Of a stretch of 64,000 bases of DNA, positions 40,161 through 49,158 are shown one piece after another. Origin of the DNA: Candidatus Hydrogenedentota bacterium (GTDB taxonomy: Bacteria; Hydrogenedentota; Hydrogenedentia; Hydrogenedentales; SLHB01); NCBI GenBank assembly GCA_963674865.2, contig CAXXYE010000001.1:64001-128000 (forward strand), read 5' to 3'. How positions within the stretch are numbered: position 1 is the first letter of the stretch; each line of letters starts with the position of its first letter. A program made the translations under genes and the position numbers. A model generated the notes under the pieces. That model was not told the origin of the DNA and did no database searches. It worked only from the letters and a program-made list of their open reading frames with translations.

Positions 40161-42584
40161 ATGAACCACCCTTTTTCCTCAGAGCAGGTGAGGGCCGTCC
40201 TCGACCTAAGCGGCGAGTTCGAGCTTTTCTCCGACGACGCTCCGGAGCACGCGCCCGACCCCGTGGCGGGCCGCCGCTTGACGGCCCAGGTGCCTGGCGA
40301 CATCCATCTCGACCTCCAGCGGGCCGCCGTCATCGATGACCCCTTCTACGACCTCAATTTTCAGGCCTGCCGGTGGGTGGCGGAGCGCGACTGGACGTAC
40401 CGCAAGGCCTTCACGGTGGATGATGCGTTCATCAACGACCGCGTGGACCTTGTCTTCGAGGGGATCGACACCGCCGCCGACGTGTATCTGAACGACACCC
40501 ATGTCGCCTACGTCGAGAACATGTTCACCATCTGGCGTTTCGACGTCACCCATCTCGTCCGGCCCGGCGCCAACACGCTCATGGTGAAGATGCGCGCCAT
40601 CGCCCGCCTCGCCCGCGAACGCCAAACCGGCGAGGAAACGGCCTACGCCTGCAAAGGCCGCGTTCACATTCGCAAGGCTCAGATGAGCTTCGGCTGGGAC
40701 AACGTCCCCGAGATTCTCACCACGGGCATTTACCGGCCTGTCTACCTCGAATCCTTTGCCGCCGCCCGCATCGCCGATGTGTGTGTGAAGAACCTCGAGC
40801 TTCAGGCCGACGCCGCCAGACTGCGCATAGAGACCCACCTCGAAACCCTCGGCCCCGATCCTCTCGTTCTCACGTACAGTCTCTCCCTGAACGGCGAATC
40901 CGTCGCCTGGCACAACCGTGAAGTCTCAGGCGATTGGGACACGTTCGAGTTCGCCGTCCCCTCGCCGCAACTCTGGTGGCCACATACGTTGGGCGAACCT
41001 GTTCTCTACGATCTTGACGTGGCCCTCAGCGACGGCTCAGCAGTTCTCGACGCCGCGTATCAGGCCGTGGGAATACGCACCGTCGAGGTCATCGAGGAGG
41101 AGCAGCCGGGCGATGCGACCTCGTTTATTTTCGCCGTCAACGGTAAGCGGCTCTTCGTCTACGGCGCCAACTGGCAGCCGCTCAACGCCTTCACAAGCCA
41201 GGTGACGGACCTGAAATACCAGGCCGTATTGGCCATGGCCAAGGATGCCGGTTTCAACATGTTCCGCGTCTGGGGCGGCGGCATCGTCGAGCGCGACGTT
41301 TTCTACGACCTGTGCGATCGCCTTGGCATCCTGATCTGGCAGGACTTCTTCTTCGCCTGCGCCCTCTATCCCACGGATCAGGCGTTTCTTGATGAGGTCG
41401 TCCGCGAGGAGCGCCAGATCATCACCCGCCTCCGCAATCACCCCGCCATCGCCTTGTGGTGCGGCGACAACGAGATCGACATGATCTACCACCATCGCAA
41501 GCCCGACAACTACAAGGAACTCAATAAGATAAGCTACGAGCTCACCGGCCCGCTCCTCGACGAGTTGGACGGCAACCGCTTCTATCTGCCCAGCAGCCCG
41601 TCGAGCAAAGTCGGCCTGCCCATCAATCCCAAGTCGCGCAATATGCACAACTGGGATTTCTGGCACGGCAAGAAGCACCACAAAGAGTTCGCCAAGGATG
41701 AATCGCGCTTTCTCAGCGAATTCGGACGTTATGCCGCTCCCCGCTTCGAGCATCTCGCCGCGTTCATCCCGCCCGAGAAACGCTGGCCCTTCGAGAATGA
41801 GTCGTACGCCTACCATTCCGGCATTCTGTCCATGGAGCCCCATCATCCCGACTACGCCAACGCGTTGAAGGCTATGCTCAAAGGCTTCGGCGAGCCCAAG
41901 GACGCGGAAGAGTTTGTCCGCCTCACCCAGATCTCCCAGGCCGAGTTCTACAGCTTCGCCTATGCCCATCTCCGCAGCCGCAAGTACGAGTGCGGCGGCG
42001 GCATTATGTGGAAACTCGCCGACGCCTGGCCCTGCCTCTGCAACAGCGTCATCGATTTCTGGGGCTGCCCGAAGCCGGGCTTCTACGCCCTGAAGCGCAT
42101 GTTCAGGCCCGTCTCCGCCTTCTTCACGGAGGCGGAACAAGCCGTCTCGGTGCACTTATCCAACGACCTCGCCCGGCCTGTCCAGGCGCGGATCGTGCTC
42201 CAGCACCTGCGGCTCGACGGCGACGTCCTCTGGCGAGAGGAGTTCGACGCCTCCTGTCCGGCCGGTGCCGTGGCCGTGGTTCACACCATCGACCTCGGCG
42301 CCCTCGATATCACGGACCCCGCCCGCGAGGCCCTCTTCTTGTTGGCCTATGACGAAGACGGCGGCGAAATCGCCCGCGCGCCTCATTTCTTCCTCGATCT
42401 CGAGGCCGTCCGGTTCGCCCCTAACGACGTTACCGTTGACTACGGAGAGCAGACGGCCACCGTCACGGCCCAAAGCTATGCCCGCTTCATCGAACTCGAA
42501 TCCCGCCCCTACGAGGTCTGGGAAGACAACTACTTCGACCTTCTCCCAGGCGAAACCAGAGTCGTCAGAAAGGCGATCTACTAA
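40161..42584 (+). CDS. GH2 beta-mannosidase-like glycosidase
   Basis: RKAQMSFGWD, GANW, RVWGGG, WQDF, WCGDNE, SEFG. Confidence 0.9.
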   Translation: MNHPFSSEQVRAVLDLSGEFELFSDDAPEHAPDPVAGRRLTAQVPGDIHLDLQRAAVIDDPFYDLNFQACRWVAERDWTYRKAFTVDDAFINDRVDLVFEGIDTAADVYLNDTHVAYVENMFTIWRFDVTHLVRPGANTLMVKMRAIARLARERQTGEETAYACKGRVHIRKAQMSFGWDNVPEILTTGIYRPVYLESFAAARIADVCVKNLELQADAARLRIETHLETLGPDPLVLTYSLSLNGESVAWHNREVSGDWDTFEFAVPSPQLWWPHTLGEPVLYDLDVALSDGSAVLDAAYQAVGIRTVEVIEEEQPGDATSFIFAVNGKRLFVYGANWQPLNAFTSQVTDLKYQAVLAMAKDAGFNMFRVWGGGIVERDVFYDLCDRLGILIWQDFFFACALYPTDQAFLDEVVREERQIITRLRNHPAIALWCGDNEIDMIYHHRKPDNYKELNKISYELTGPLLDELDGNRFYLPSSPSSKVGLPINPKSRNMHNWDFWHGKKHHKEFAKDESRFLSEFGRYAAPRFEHLAAFIPPEKRWPFENESYAYHSGILSMEPHHPDYANALKAMLKGFGEPKDAEEFVRLTQISQAEFYSFAYAHLRSRKYECGGGIMWKLADAWPCLCNSVIDFWGCPKPGFYALKRMFRPVSAFFTEAEQAVSVHLSNDLARPVQARIVLQHLRLDGDVLWREEFDASCPAGAVAVVHTIDLGALDITDPAREALFLLAYDEDGGEIARAPHFFLDLEAVRFAPNDVTVDYGEQTATVTAQSYARFIELESRPYEVWEDNYFDLLPGETRVVRKAIY

Positions 42585-42702
42585 CGCGCCCGTTGCCGGG
42601 GACTTTCTGCGCCCCTCTGAGTGTTGAGGCCTAAGGGGCAAGTGGCGGCCAAAGCGCTCGGAATTTTCTAACCCCCGCCAGGAAAGGAGTATGACGTAGC
42701 AT

Positions 42703-43902
42703 ATGATTATCGAGCTGAAGAAGAATGTCTATTGGGTGGGGGTGGTCGATTGGGGCCTGCGGCATTTCCATGGGCACGAACTCAGCACAAATCGCGGCTC
42801 ATCGTATAACGCCTATCTCATTCTCGATGAGAAGACCGCTCTCATCGACACGGTGTGGGGGCCATTTGTCGACGAATTCGTGGAGAACCTCCGTGAGGTC
42901 GTCGACCCGTCCACCATTGACATCGTCGTCGCCAATCACAGCGAGGTCGACCACTCCGGCGGGCTGCCCGCCGTCATGAACCTTGCGCCCAAGGCCGAAC
43001 TAATCGTGTCGAAACGCGGCGCGGAGAGCGTCGAAGGCCATTACCACCAGGGCTGGCCGACGCGTGCGGTGACCACCGGAGAACGCGTCAGCCTGGGCCG
43101 GAACGAACTCCTCTTCGTCGAAGCGCCCATGCTCCACTGGCCTGATAGCATGTTCACCTACCTCACCGGCCACAACATCCTCATGCCCAATGACGCCTTC
43201 GGGCAGCACTACGCCACGGCGTACCGGTTCAACGATCAGGTTGACGAGATGGAACTGTATCAAGAGGCCCTGAAGTACTATGTCAACATCATCACGCCTT
43301 ACAGCGATCAAGCAGCCGCCAAGATTGCCGAACTGGAAGGCATGGACCTCCCGATTGACATCATCGCGCCCAGTCACGGCGTGATTTGGCGCGAGAATCC
43401 CCTCCAGATCGTCGAAACGTACAAGGAGTGGGCCGCTCAGCAGGCACCCGCCCGCGTCGTTGTCCTTTATGACACGATGTGGCACAGCACGCGCCGTATG
43501 GCCGAAGCCATCGGCGACGGTCTGGCCGAGGAAGGTATCGAGTACAAGATCATCGACCTGGCCGTTTCCGACCGCAGCGACGCCCTTGTGGAGGTATTCA
43601 AGGCTCGCACCATCGCCATCGGCTCCCCGACCCTCAACAATGGCGTGCTGCCCACCATCACACCCATCCTTACCGATTTGAAGGGCCTACGCTTCAAGAA
43701 CAAGCTAGGCGCCGCCTTCGGCAGCTTTGGCTGGCACAGCAAGTCCGTCGAGGTTATCCGCGAGCATTTCGCGGGCTGTAAGATTCCCATGATCGGGGAA
43801 GGGGTGAAGTGCAAGTGGCAACCGCGCCCCGAGGATCTCGAGCAGTGCCGGGCCTATGGCCGCGAGATCGCCGACGCGACGCGCAAGGCTGTCGCATCGT
43901 GA
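42703..43902 (+). CDS. fprA: Flavodiiron protein (FprA family; O2/NO reductase)
   Basis: NHSEVDHSG, HWPD, NDAFG and PSHG diiron ligands; flavodoxin domain YDTMWHST. Confidence 0.93.
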   Translation: MIIELKKNVYWVGVVDWGLRHFHGHELSTNRGSSYNAYLILDEKTALIDTVWGPFVDEFVENLREVVDPSTIDIVVANHSEVDHSGGLPAVMNLAPKAELIVSKRGAESVEGHYHQGWPTRAVTTGERVSLGRNELLFVEAPMLHWPDSMFTYLTGHNILMPNDAFGQHYATAYRFNDQVDEMELYQEALKYYVNIITPYSDQAAAKIAELEGMDLPIDIIAPSHGVIWRENPLQIVETYKEWAAQQAPARVVVLYDTMWHSTRRMAEAIGDGLAEEGIEYKIIDLAVSDRSDALVEVFKARTIAIGSPTLNNGVLPTITPILTDLKGLRFKNKLGAAFGSFGWHSKSVEVIREHFAGCKIPMIGEGVKCKWQPRPEDLEQCRAYGREIADATRKAVAS

Positions 43903-43952
43903 GCGAGCAACCATTCGCCGGCCAGCGGCTGTCCATGCGCGAGAAGGCGTAG

Positions 43953-44014
43953 CAAGAAGGGGACTGATGCAACCGAGCGAGTCTCCGAGCGAGACGTGTC
44001 TGTCCCTCTTCTTG
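43953..44014. repeat. Imperfect hairpin between convergent genes (REP-like or bidirectional terminator)
   Basis: CAAGAAGGGGACTGA...TCTGTCCCTCTTCTTG; shares AGACGTGTCTGT/CCCTCT with the flanks of the element at 44624-44772. Confidence 0.55.
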
Positions 44015-44053
44015 TGAAGCGGACCGCAGAAAACTACGTGTGAGGCATTCAGG

Positions 44054-44500
44054 CTAGAGTGCTTCTCCGAGCTTCTTTTGCAGCTTCTCGAGCCGTGCGA
44101 GTAGTGCTAAGATGCGGTCGCTGCGCTCGCTGTCATCGCTCTGCCTCGCGTTGTCCAGCGCCGTGGCGAGGGCGTTGCGCATTGTCTCCAACTCCTCGGA
44201 AACCCGCGCGCCCAGCTCGGCCGGCGTCGGGATACGCGTGTCGAGGATGACGTAGGGGCCGCGAAGCATCCCTGCTTCCGCCAAGCCCCCCAACTGCTCC
44301 GACTCGCCCGAGAGGGCCGGGCCGTCCATGACTCGGAACAACTCATGCTTGCGTAGGAAGGCGAGCAGTACGTCCTCCTGTACATCTCCGCACGCAGGAT
44401 CGCCGGCCAGATGCTGGACGAGGACGTGCAGCGGCACCAGCGGATTGCTTACCTGCTTGAGATAACTCAAACACTTTTGCTCAACGGCTTCCAGATTCAT
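44054..44500 (-). CDS. Hypothetical helical protein
   Basis: 148-aa ORF from MNLEAVEQ with a coiled-coil-like C-terminus. Confidence 0.7.
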   Translation of the reverse strand: MNLEAVEQKCLSYLKQVSNPLVPLHVLVQHLAGDPACGDVQEDVLLAFLRKHELFRVMDGPALSGESEQLGGLAEAGMLRGPYVILDTRIPTPAELGARVSEELETMRNALATALDNARQSDDSERSDRILALLARLEKLQKKLGEAL

Positions 44501-44623
44501 GGCGTGTTCCCGTCCAGTGTTCTGACTCACAATTGACGTTGCTTATCTGCAGATAAAGAAGCGCCAGCAAGAAGCGAAAAACGGGGGCTGACACAAGCGC
44601 AGCGAAACGAAGACGTGTCTGTG

Positions 44624-44772
44624 GAGCTGTTGAAAAAGTCGCATTCGCCCCAGAGGTCGAGCGAAACACCGGGACTGTCCCAAACGGAGTCCGCCGCAGG
44701 CGGACGCAGACGGGACTGTCCCAGGTCCTTTCGTGGCCTGCATCCGGCGACTCTCGACTTTTTCAACGGCCC
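44624..44772. mobile_element. MITE-like non-autonomous element (~150 bp)
   Basis: Terminal inverted repeats GAGCTGTTGAAAAAGTCG / CGACTTTTTCAACGGCCC (16/18 match). Internal GGGACTGTCCC at 44671 and 44712 and hairpin GTCCGCC-GCA-GGCGGAC. Confidence 0.75.
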
Positions 44773-44839
44773 CTCTGTTTCTGTTTTTCGCCCTGCTTTT
44801 CGCGACAAGAATGAGACGCCGTCAGCGCGAGTCATAGCA

Positions 44840-47284
44840 CTAGGACTTCTCCTCGAGGAGGTCCACCTCCTCCACGGCCCCTGTGCCCGGTTCGATCTGC
44901 ATCGTCTTGATCTCGTGCGGCGCAAAGGCGAGCTTCAATGCTTCCGGCCGCCCGTGCATTGTTACCTTCGCCTGCGCCTCCTGCCCCGCAGTTTCGTAGC
45001 CTCGCACTACCACCTTAGCCCCATCCTCGCTCTTCTTCAACACGCTCACCACGGCGTTATCTGCGTCGGCGCTGAAGAGCGAGCATGAGGGCGGAAGCGT
45101 GCCCTCATGGCAACACTCGATATGCGCGAAGACAGGTTCGTTCAACTCCCAGGACTTCTTCACGACGCCGGCCTCACGCCAGCCGCCTGCGTGCGGTACA
45201 AGCTGCACGCACACCGTCTGCCAGCCCTGATCCATGGCGGGCCACGGCTCGGAGGCGTTTATGCGGCCGCGGTCGTGGTGTCCGTACAACGGGCTCCGAA
45301 GGAGGGTGACTCGCATGTGATTTCCCCACACATCGTAGCTGTACTTCGAGTCATTCAGCACGGCAAGGCCGTAGGACTTCCCGTCAATCGTGCCCGTCAT
45401 GTCGAACCACTTCTGGCCAGGTTCTTCCCAGCCATCGGTGCCGCGGACCTCGTATCCGTAAGGCACGTCATACGTCGCCTCGCCCGCGTCGATGCGCGTC
45501 TCATAGGCAAGTTTGAGCATTGTGTAGCGCTCCTGCCAGTTGACGCGGAACACGCAGTCGATGTCTTCGCTGTCTCGATAGATCGTCACGAATTGCTCCA
45601 CTGTGGAGTCGCGGAAACGGGACACCACTCGAATCGTCGCCTGGACAGGCCCGAGTTCGAGCCTTTCGAGGACGGCGTTGCTGAAGCGGCCAGCCTCGAC
45701 GCGGAATTCGTCCACGCCGTGGCTCCAGGTGTCCGAGTGATCCACGATCGCAGCCAATACGTTGGCCTTTGCTACCGTCTCGACCTGCCGCTTCTTGTCA
45801 TAGAGGCGGCTGATGTGGCCGTGATAGGGATCGAACTCGATCCGCCACCAGTCATTTTCGAGGAAATCGCGTCCGGCTTCGAGCGTGCCGCCGGCCTGTA
45901 CGTCCTTCTCCTCCGAACGCGCGTGGAAGCAGCGGTAGCCCAGGGCGGGCACTTCCGTCGTGATGCGCCAAGCATGGCCTTTTGTTCGTGCGCCGCGCAC
46001 CGCCTGGCTTGGAATGACCTGGCCTTCTTCATCGACGAAGTGGAGCTGCTGCTTCAAGGTTCGCCACGCGATTTCAGGGACGGTAATCGTCTGCTTCACC
46101 GGCCAGGGGAGCGGGTTAACCATCAGGACGGGATTGCCCTCGCCCGAGGTGTCGATATCCCCGGCGATGGTTTGCCAGGACTCGTTGAGGATCTCGTGGG
46201 CCGTGTGACGGGCGCGACCGAGCTGATCGCGGCTGTCTTCGTAGGAGGTCTCGATGCTTGTGCCCGCCAAGATATCGTGGAACTGGTTGTACATCACATC
46301 CTTCCACGCGCCCTCGATCCGCTCCTGTGGATACGGATGCTCCTTTAGGAGCCATGCCAGCGTGGCGAAGCGCTCGGCCGTCATCAGCGCGTGCTCGCCG
46401 GCGCGGTTGAGGCGTTTGATCTCCGAATGCACCGAGTAGCAGCCTCGCGCGTGATGCTGGAGTTCCGTCGCGATGGTAGGGATAGTCCCGCCTTGCTCCT
46501 TGACCGCCCGCTGGAAGTCCTCGAAGAACGCGAGCAGTGTCGAGAAGGGCGTATCCGGTAGCTCTTCATCCTTCTGCGCCTCGATGATTTGCGCGATGGC
46601 GCGTTTGGTCGGCCCGCCGCCGTGATTTCCGACGCCGTAGAATCCCATGACCACCGTCTGCCCGGTGTTGAGGTAGATGTTCGACGGCGTGGCCTTGATC
46701 TTGTCCAGCACGTTGTCGCCCGAGCCGTAGCCGGTGACGATATTCGAGGCGAGGAGGCGCGAGCCGTCGTCGGCCACCCACCAGAAGGTTGTTCCCTCCG
46801 GATAATGCATCTCGGAAACCGGGCCCGGCCGCATGTAGGCGTAGTACTCGATGCCCATCTTACAGTAGATCTGCGGCAATGTGCCGGCGTGGCCGAAGGT
46901 GTCGGGATTGAAGCCCACTTTGGCGCGTACGCCCAGCTCCCGTTCGAAGAAGCGCTGTGAATACAGGCCGTGGCGCACCATGGCTTCGCCGCCGGGGATA
47001 TTGCAGTCCGGCTCGACCCACCAGCCGCCGACTACTTCCCACCGGCCCTCGGCCACCCGTTGGCGGATTTCCTCGAACATGGCCGGATCGCATGCCTTGA
47101 CCCATTCGTAGAAGCATGCGCTGCTCGCAATGAATTTGAATTCCGGCGTCTCGTTCATCCGATCGAGAGCGCTGCGAAACGTTGCCCGCACCTCGCCGTA
47201 GCCTTCCGTCCAGCGCCACAACCAGGTCGGGTCGATGTGGCCATGGCCAATCATATGAATGGTGAAGTCTTTCGGAGCAACCAT
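44840..47284 (-). CDS. GH38 alpha-mannosidase
   Basis: GHGHIDPTWLW, NPDTFGH, GNHGGGP, NQFHDILAG. Confidence 0.93.
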   Translation of the reverse strand: MVAPKDFTIHMIGHGHIDPTWLWRWTEGYGEVRATFRSALDRMNETPEFKFIASSACFYEWVKACDPAMFEEIRQRVAEGRWEVVGGWWVEPDCNIPGGEAMVRHGLYSQRFFERELGVRAKVGFNPDTFGHAGTLPQIYCKMGIEYYAYMRPGPVSEMHYPEGTTFWWVADDGSRLLASNIVTGYGSGDNVLDKIKATPSNIYLNTGQTVVMGFYGVGNHGGGPTKRAIAQIIEAQKDEELPDTPFSTLLAFFEDFQRAVKEQGGTIPTIATELQHHARGCYSVHSEIKRLNRAGEHALMTAERFATLAWLLKEHPYPQERIEGAWKDVMYNQFHDILAGTSIETSYEDSRDQLGRARHTAHEILNESWQTIAGDIDTSGEGNPVLMVNPLPWPVKQTITVPEIAWRTLKQQLHFVDEEGQVIPSQAVRGARTKGHAWRITTEVPALGYRCFHARSEEKDVQAGGTLEAGRDFLENDWWRIEFDPYHGHISRLYDKKRQVETVAKANVLAAIVDHSDTWSHGVDEFRVEAGRFSNAVLERLELGPVQATIRVVSRFRDSTVEQFVTIYRDSEDIDCVFRVNWQERYTMLKLAYETRIDAGEATYDVPYGYEVRGTDGWEEPGQKWFDMTGTIDGKSYGLAVLNDSKYSYDVWGNHMRVTLLRSPLYGHHDRGRINASEPWPAMDQGWQTVCVQLVPHAGGWREAGVVKKSWELNEPVFAHIECCHEGTLPPSCSLFSADADNAVVSVLKKSEDGAKVVVRGYETAGQEAQAKVTMHGRPEALKLAFAPHEIKTMQIEPGTGAVEEVDLLEEKS

Positions 47285-47386
47285 TACTGCCTTTCCTTCC
47301 AATCGATTGTCGGAATCATCCGCGTTGAGTGTGAAGTCCCTTGGATAGGGATGCTTGAAACGAATCGCTATTCTGAGATGAGCCGC

Positions 47387-48121
47387 CTAGACGCCGCGCT
47401 CGCGGTATTCTCGCCGCTTCTGCTCGACGGATTCCATGCCGCCCACATGCCAGCTCTGGTAGATGGTCGGATTTACGCCTTTCGCCTGGAGCCGCTCGAC
47501 GGCCTCGGCCTGGATGGCCCACAGGGCGAAAGCACCCGCCATGCCGCTGCCCGGACACATCCGCTCGTTATCCTTGGTGTCGACAACGGCGTCACCTACG
47601 GGCGTACAGTTATCGACCACGATGTCGGTGACGTCGCCGAGCTTCTTGCCGCTCCCATGGGCGGCCTCGCAGTGCTCCATCTGGTCTTTCGAGCAAATGG
47701 CAATGGTTGTGATGCTCCGCTCTTTGCATTGAAGCGCCACCTCGATCACATTCGCCGTCCGGCCCGAGTTTGAGTTGATGATCAGCACGTCGCCTGGCTT
47801 CAGCTTGCTCGAATCGAGGGAGATTGCCACGGTTCGCGCCTCGATGGCCGTCCGTTCTTCTGCCGAGGACTTTGCCTCACGGTGATCCACAGGATTTTCA
47901 ACGTTCAGGTTGTAAGCGAATGGCGTGATGGCTAGGAGTCCGCCGGCTCGTGAGAACGCTTCGCTCCTGAGCATGTGGCCGGTGTCCATGACGGCCAGCA
48001 CGCCCTTGCCCGCCAGACTCACGGCGACGGCCTCCGCGGCACGTTCAATCATCTCCCGCTGCGTGGAGCGAATCTTTTCAAATATGCCGTCAACCGCGTC
48101 GAAGTAGGCGTCGAGATACAC
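47387..48121 (-). CDS. SIS-domain sugar-phosphate isomerase-like protein
   Basis: TGH, RAGGL, GDVLIINSNSGR, VDNCTPVGDA. AGGAGG precedes GTG 48121. Confidence 0.85.
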   Translation of the reverse strand: MYLDAYFDAVDGIFEKIRSTQREMIERAAEAVAVSLAGKGVLAVMDTGHMLRSEAFSRAGGLLAITPFAYNLNVENPVDHREAKSSAEERTAIEARTVAISLDSSKLKPGDVLIINSNSGRTANVIEVALQCKERSITTIAICSKDQMEHCEAAHGSGKKLGDVTDIVVDNCTPVGDAVVDTKDNERMCPGSGMAGAFALWAIQAEAVERLQAKGVNPTIYQSWHVGGMESVEQKRREYRERGV

Positions 48122-49040
48122 GTCGTTTCCTCCTGGCTCCATACATCTTAATGAATTTGATGATGCCCTCGCACGGCTCCGGAACGGGCGGATAGACATC
48201 GAAGGTCTTTCCGCTCCGGCCTAACGCGCGCTTCAGCGAGGTTATGACGAGAGGCCCTGCATGAAACACGCCGCCGCTGAGCACTACCGGAATCGGCTGC
48301 TTCCGCGCCGTGTGTTGCCGGACTGTTGCGAGGATCAGGCCCGCCAGCTCACGGCCGGCCCCGCGAAGGATACCTTTTGCCACCGCGTCGCCCTCCCGGG
48401 CCGCCGCGATCACCGCAGGTACGAACGCGGCCACCTTTGGGGCCGGTAGCACCCCGTTCTGTCCGCAGAACCGATAGACCTCGATCGGGTGGTCGACCTC
48501 GAAGACCTCGAGCAACTTCTGCTCGAGCAGCGTTCGTGGCCCCCGCCCATCGATGCCGTGAGCGACGGCGCGAAACGCCTCTCGCCCTATCCAGTAGCCG
48601 CTGCCCTCGTCGCCGAACTGCGGCCCATGCCCGCCCGCCACAGTGCCCGCAGCGCGAGGCGTTGTGAAACGTGCGCATGAGCCCGTGCCCGCGATGAGCG
48701 ATAGGCCCGTCCGAAGGCCGTACCAGGCGAGTGCCATGTCTCCCTCGCCGACCCAAACGAGTTCTATCGGGCCGAATACGTCCTTGATGGCCCGCTCCGC
48801 CTGCTCCGGGTGCATCGGCGCACCCAGGCCGGCCAGGGCGACGCGCGCGCCCTCTGCCTCAGCCACGCGTTTTACGCGTTCAAGCAGGCGGCGTGTCGCG
48901 CGATAGAAAGGCCCAGGCTTGGTGTACAAATTGCTCGCGGTGCCGCCGACCTCGGTGGCCAGTATACGGCCGGCCGTGTCCGCCAGCATGACACGTGTCT
49001 TGGTGCCGCCGCCCTCAAGAGCGATCCACATTTCGTTCAT
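48090..49040 (-). CDS. BadF/BadG/BcrA/BcrD ATPase family (N-acetylglucosamine kinase-like)
   Basis: EGGGTKT, IAGTGS, GDEGSGYWIG, LSGGVF. Confidence 0.9.
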   Translation of the reverse strand: MNEMWIALEGGGTKTRVMLADTAGRILATEVGGTASNLYTKPGPFYRATRRLLERVKRVAEAEGARVALAGLGAPMHPEQAERAIKDVFGPIELVWVGEGDMALAWYGLRTGLSLIAGTGSCARFTTPRAAGTVAGGHGPQFGDEGSGYWIGREAFRAVAHGIDGRGPRTLLEQKLLEVFEVDHPIEVYRFCGQNGVLPAPKVAAFVPAVIAAAREGDAVAKGILRGAGRELAGLILATVRQHTARKQPIPVVLSGGVFHAGPLVITSLKRALGRSGKTFDVYPPVPEPCEGIIKFIKMYGARRKRRVSRRLLRRG

Positions 49041-49158
49041 GGTGTGGAACTCATTCGTTGTCCGGGATAAGCGGCGCGCATTGTAGGCAACCGCCAGACC
49101 GTTTTCAATGCCTTTCCGGCCCCATTGACCGGCGCGCCGCTGCGAGGGCGGGGGCTGG

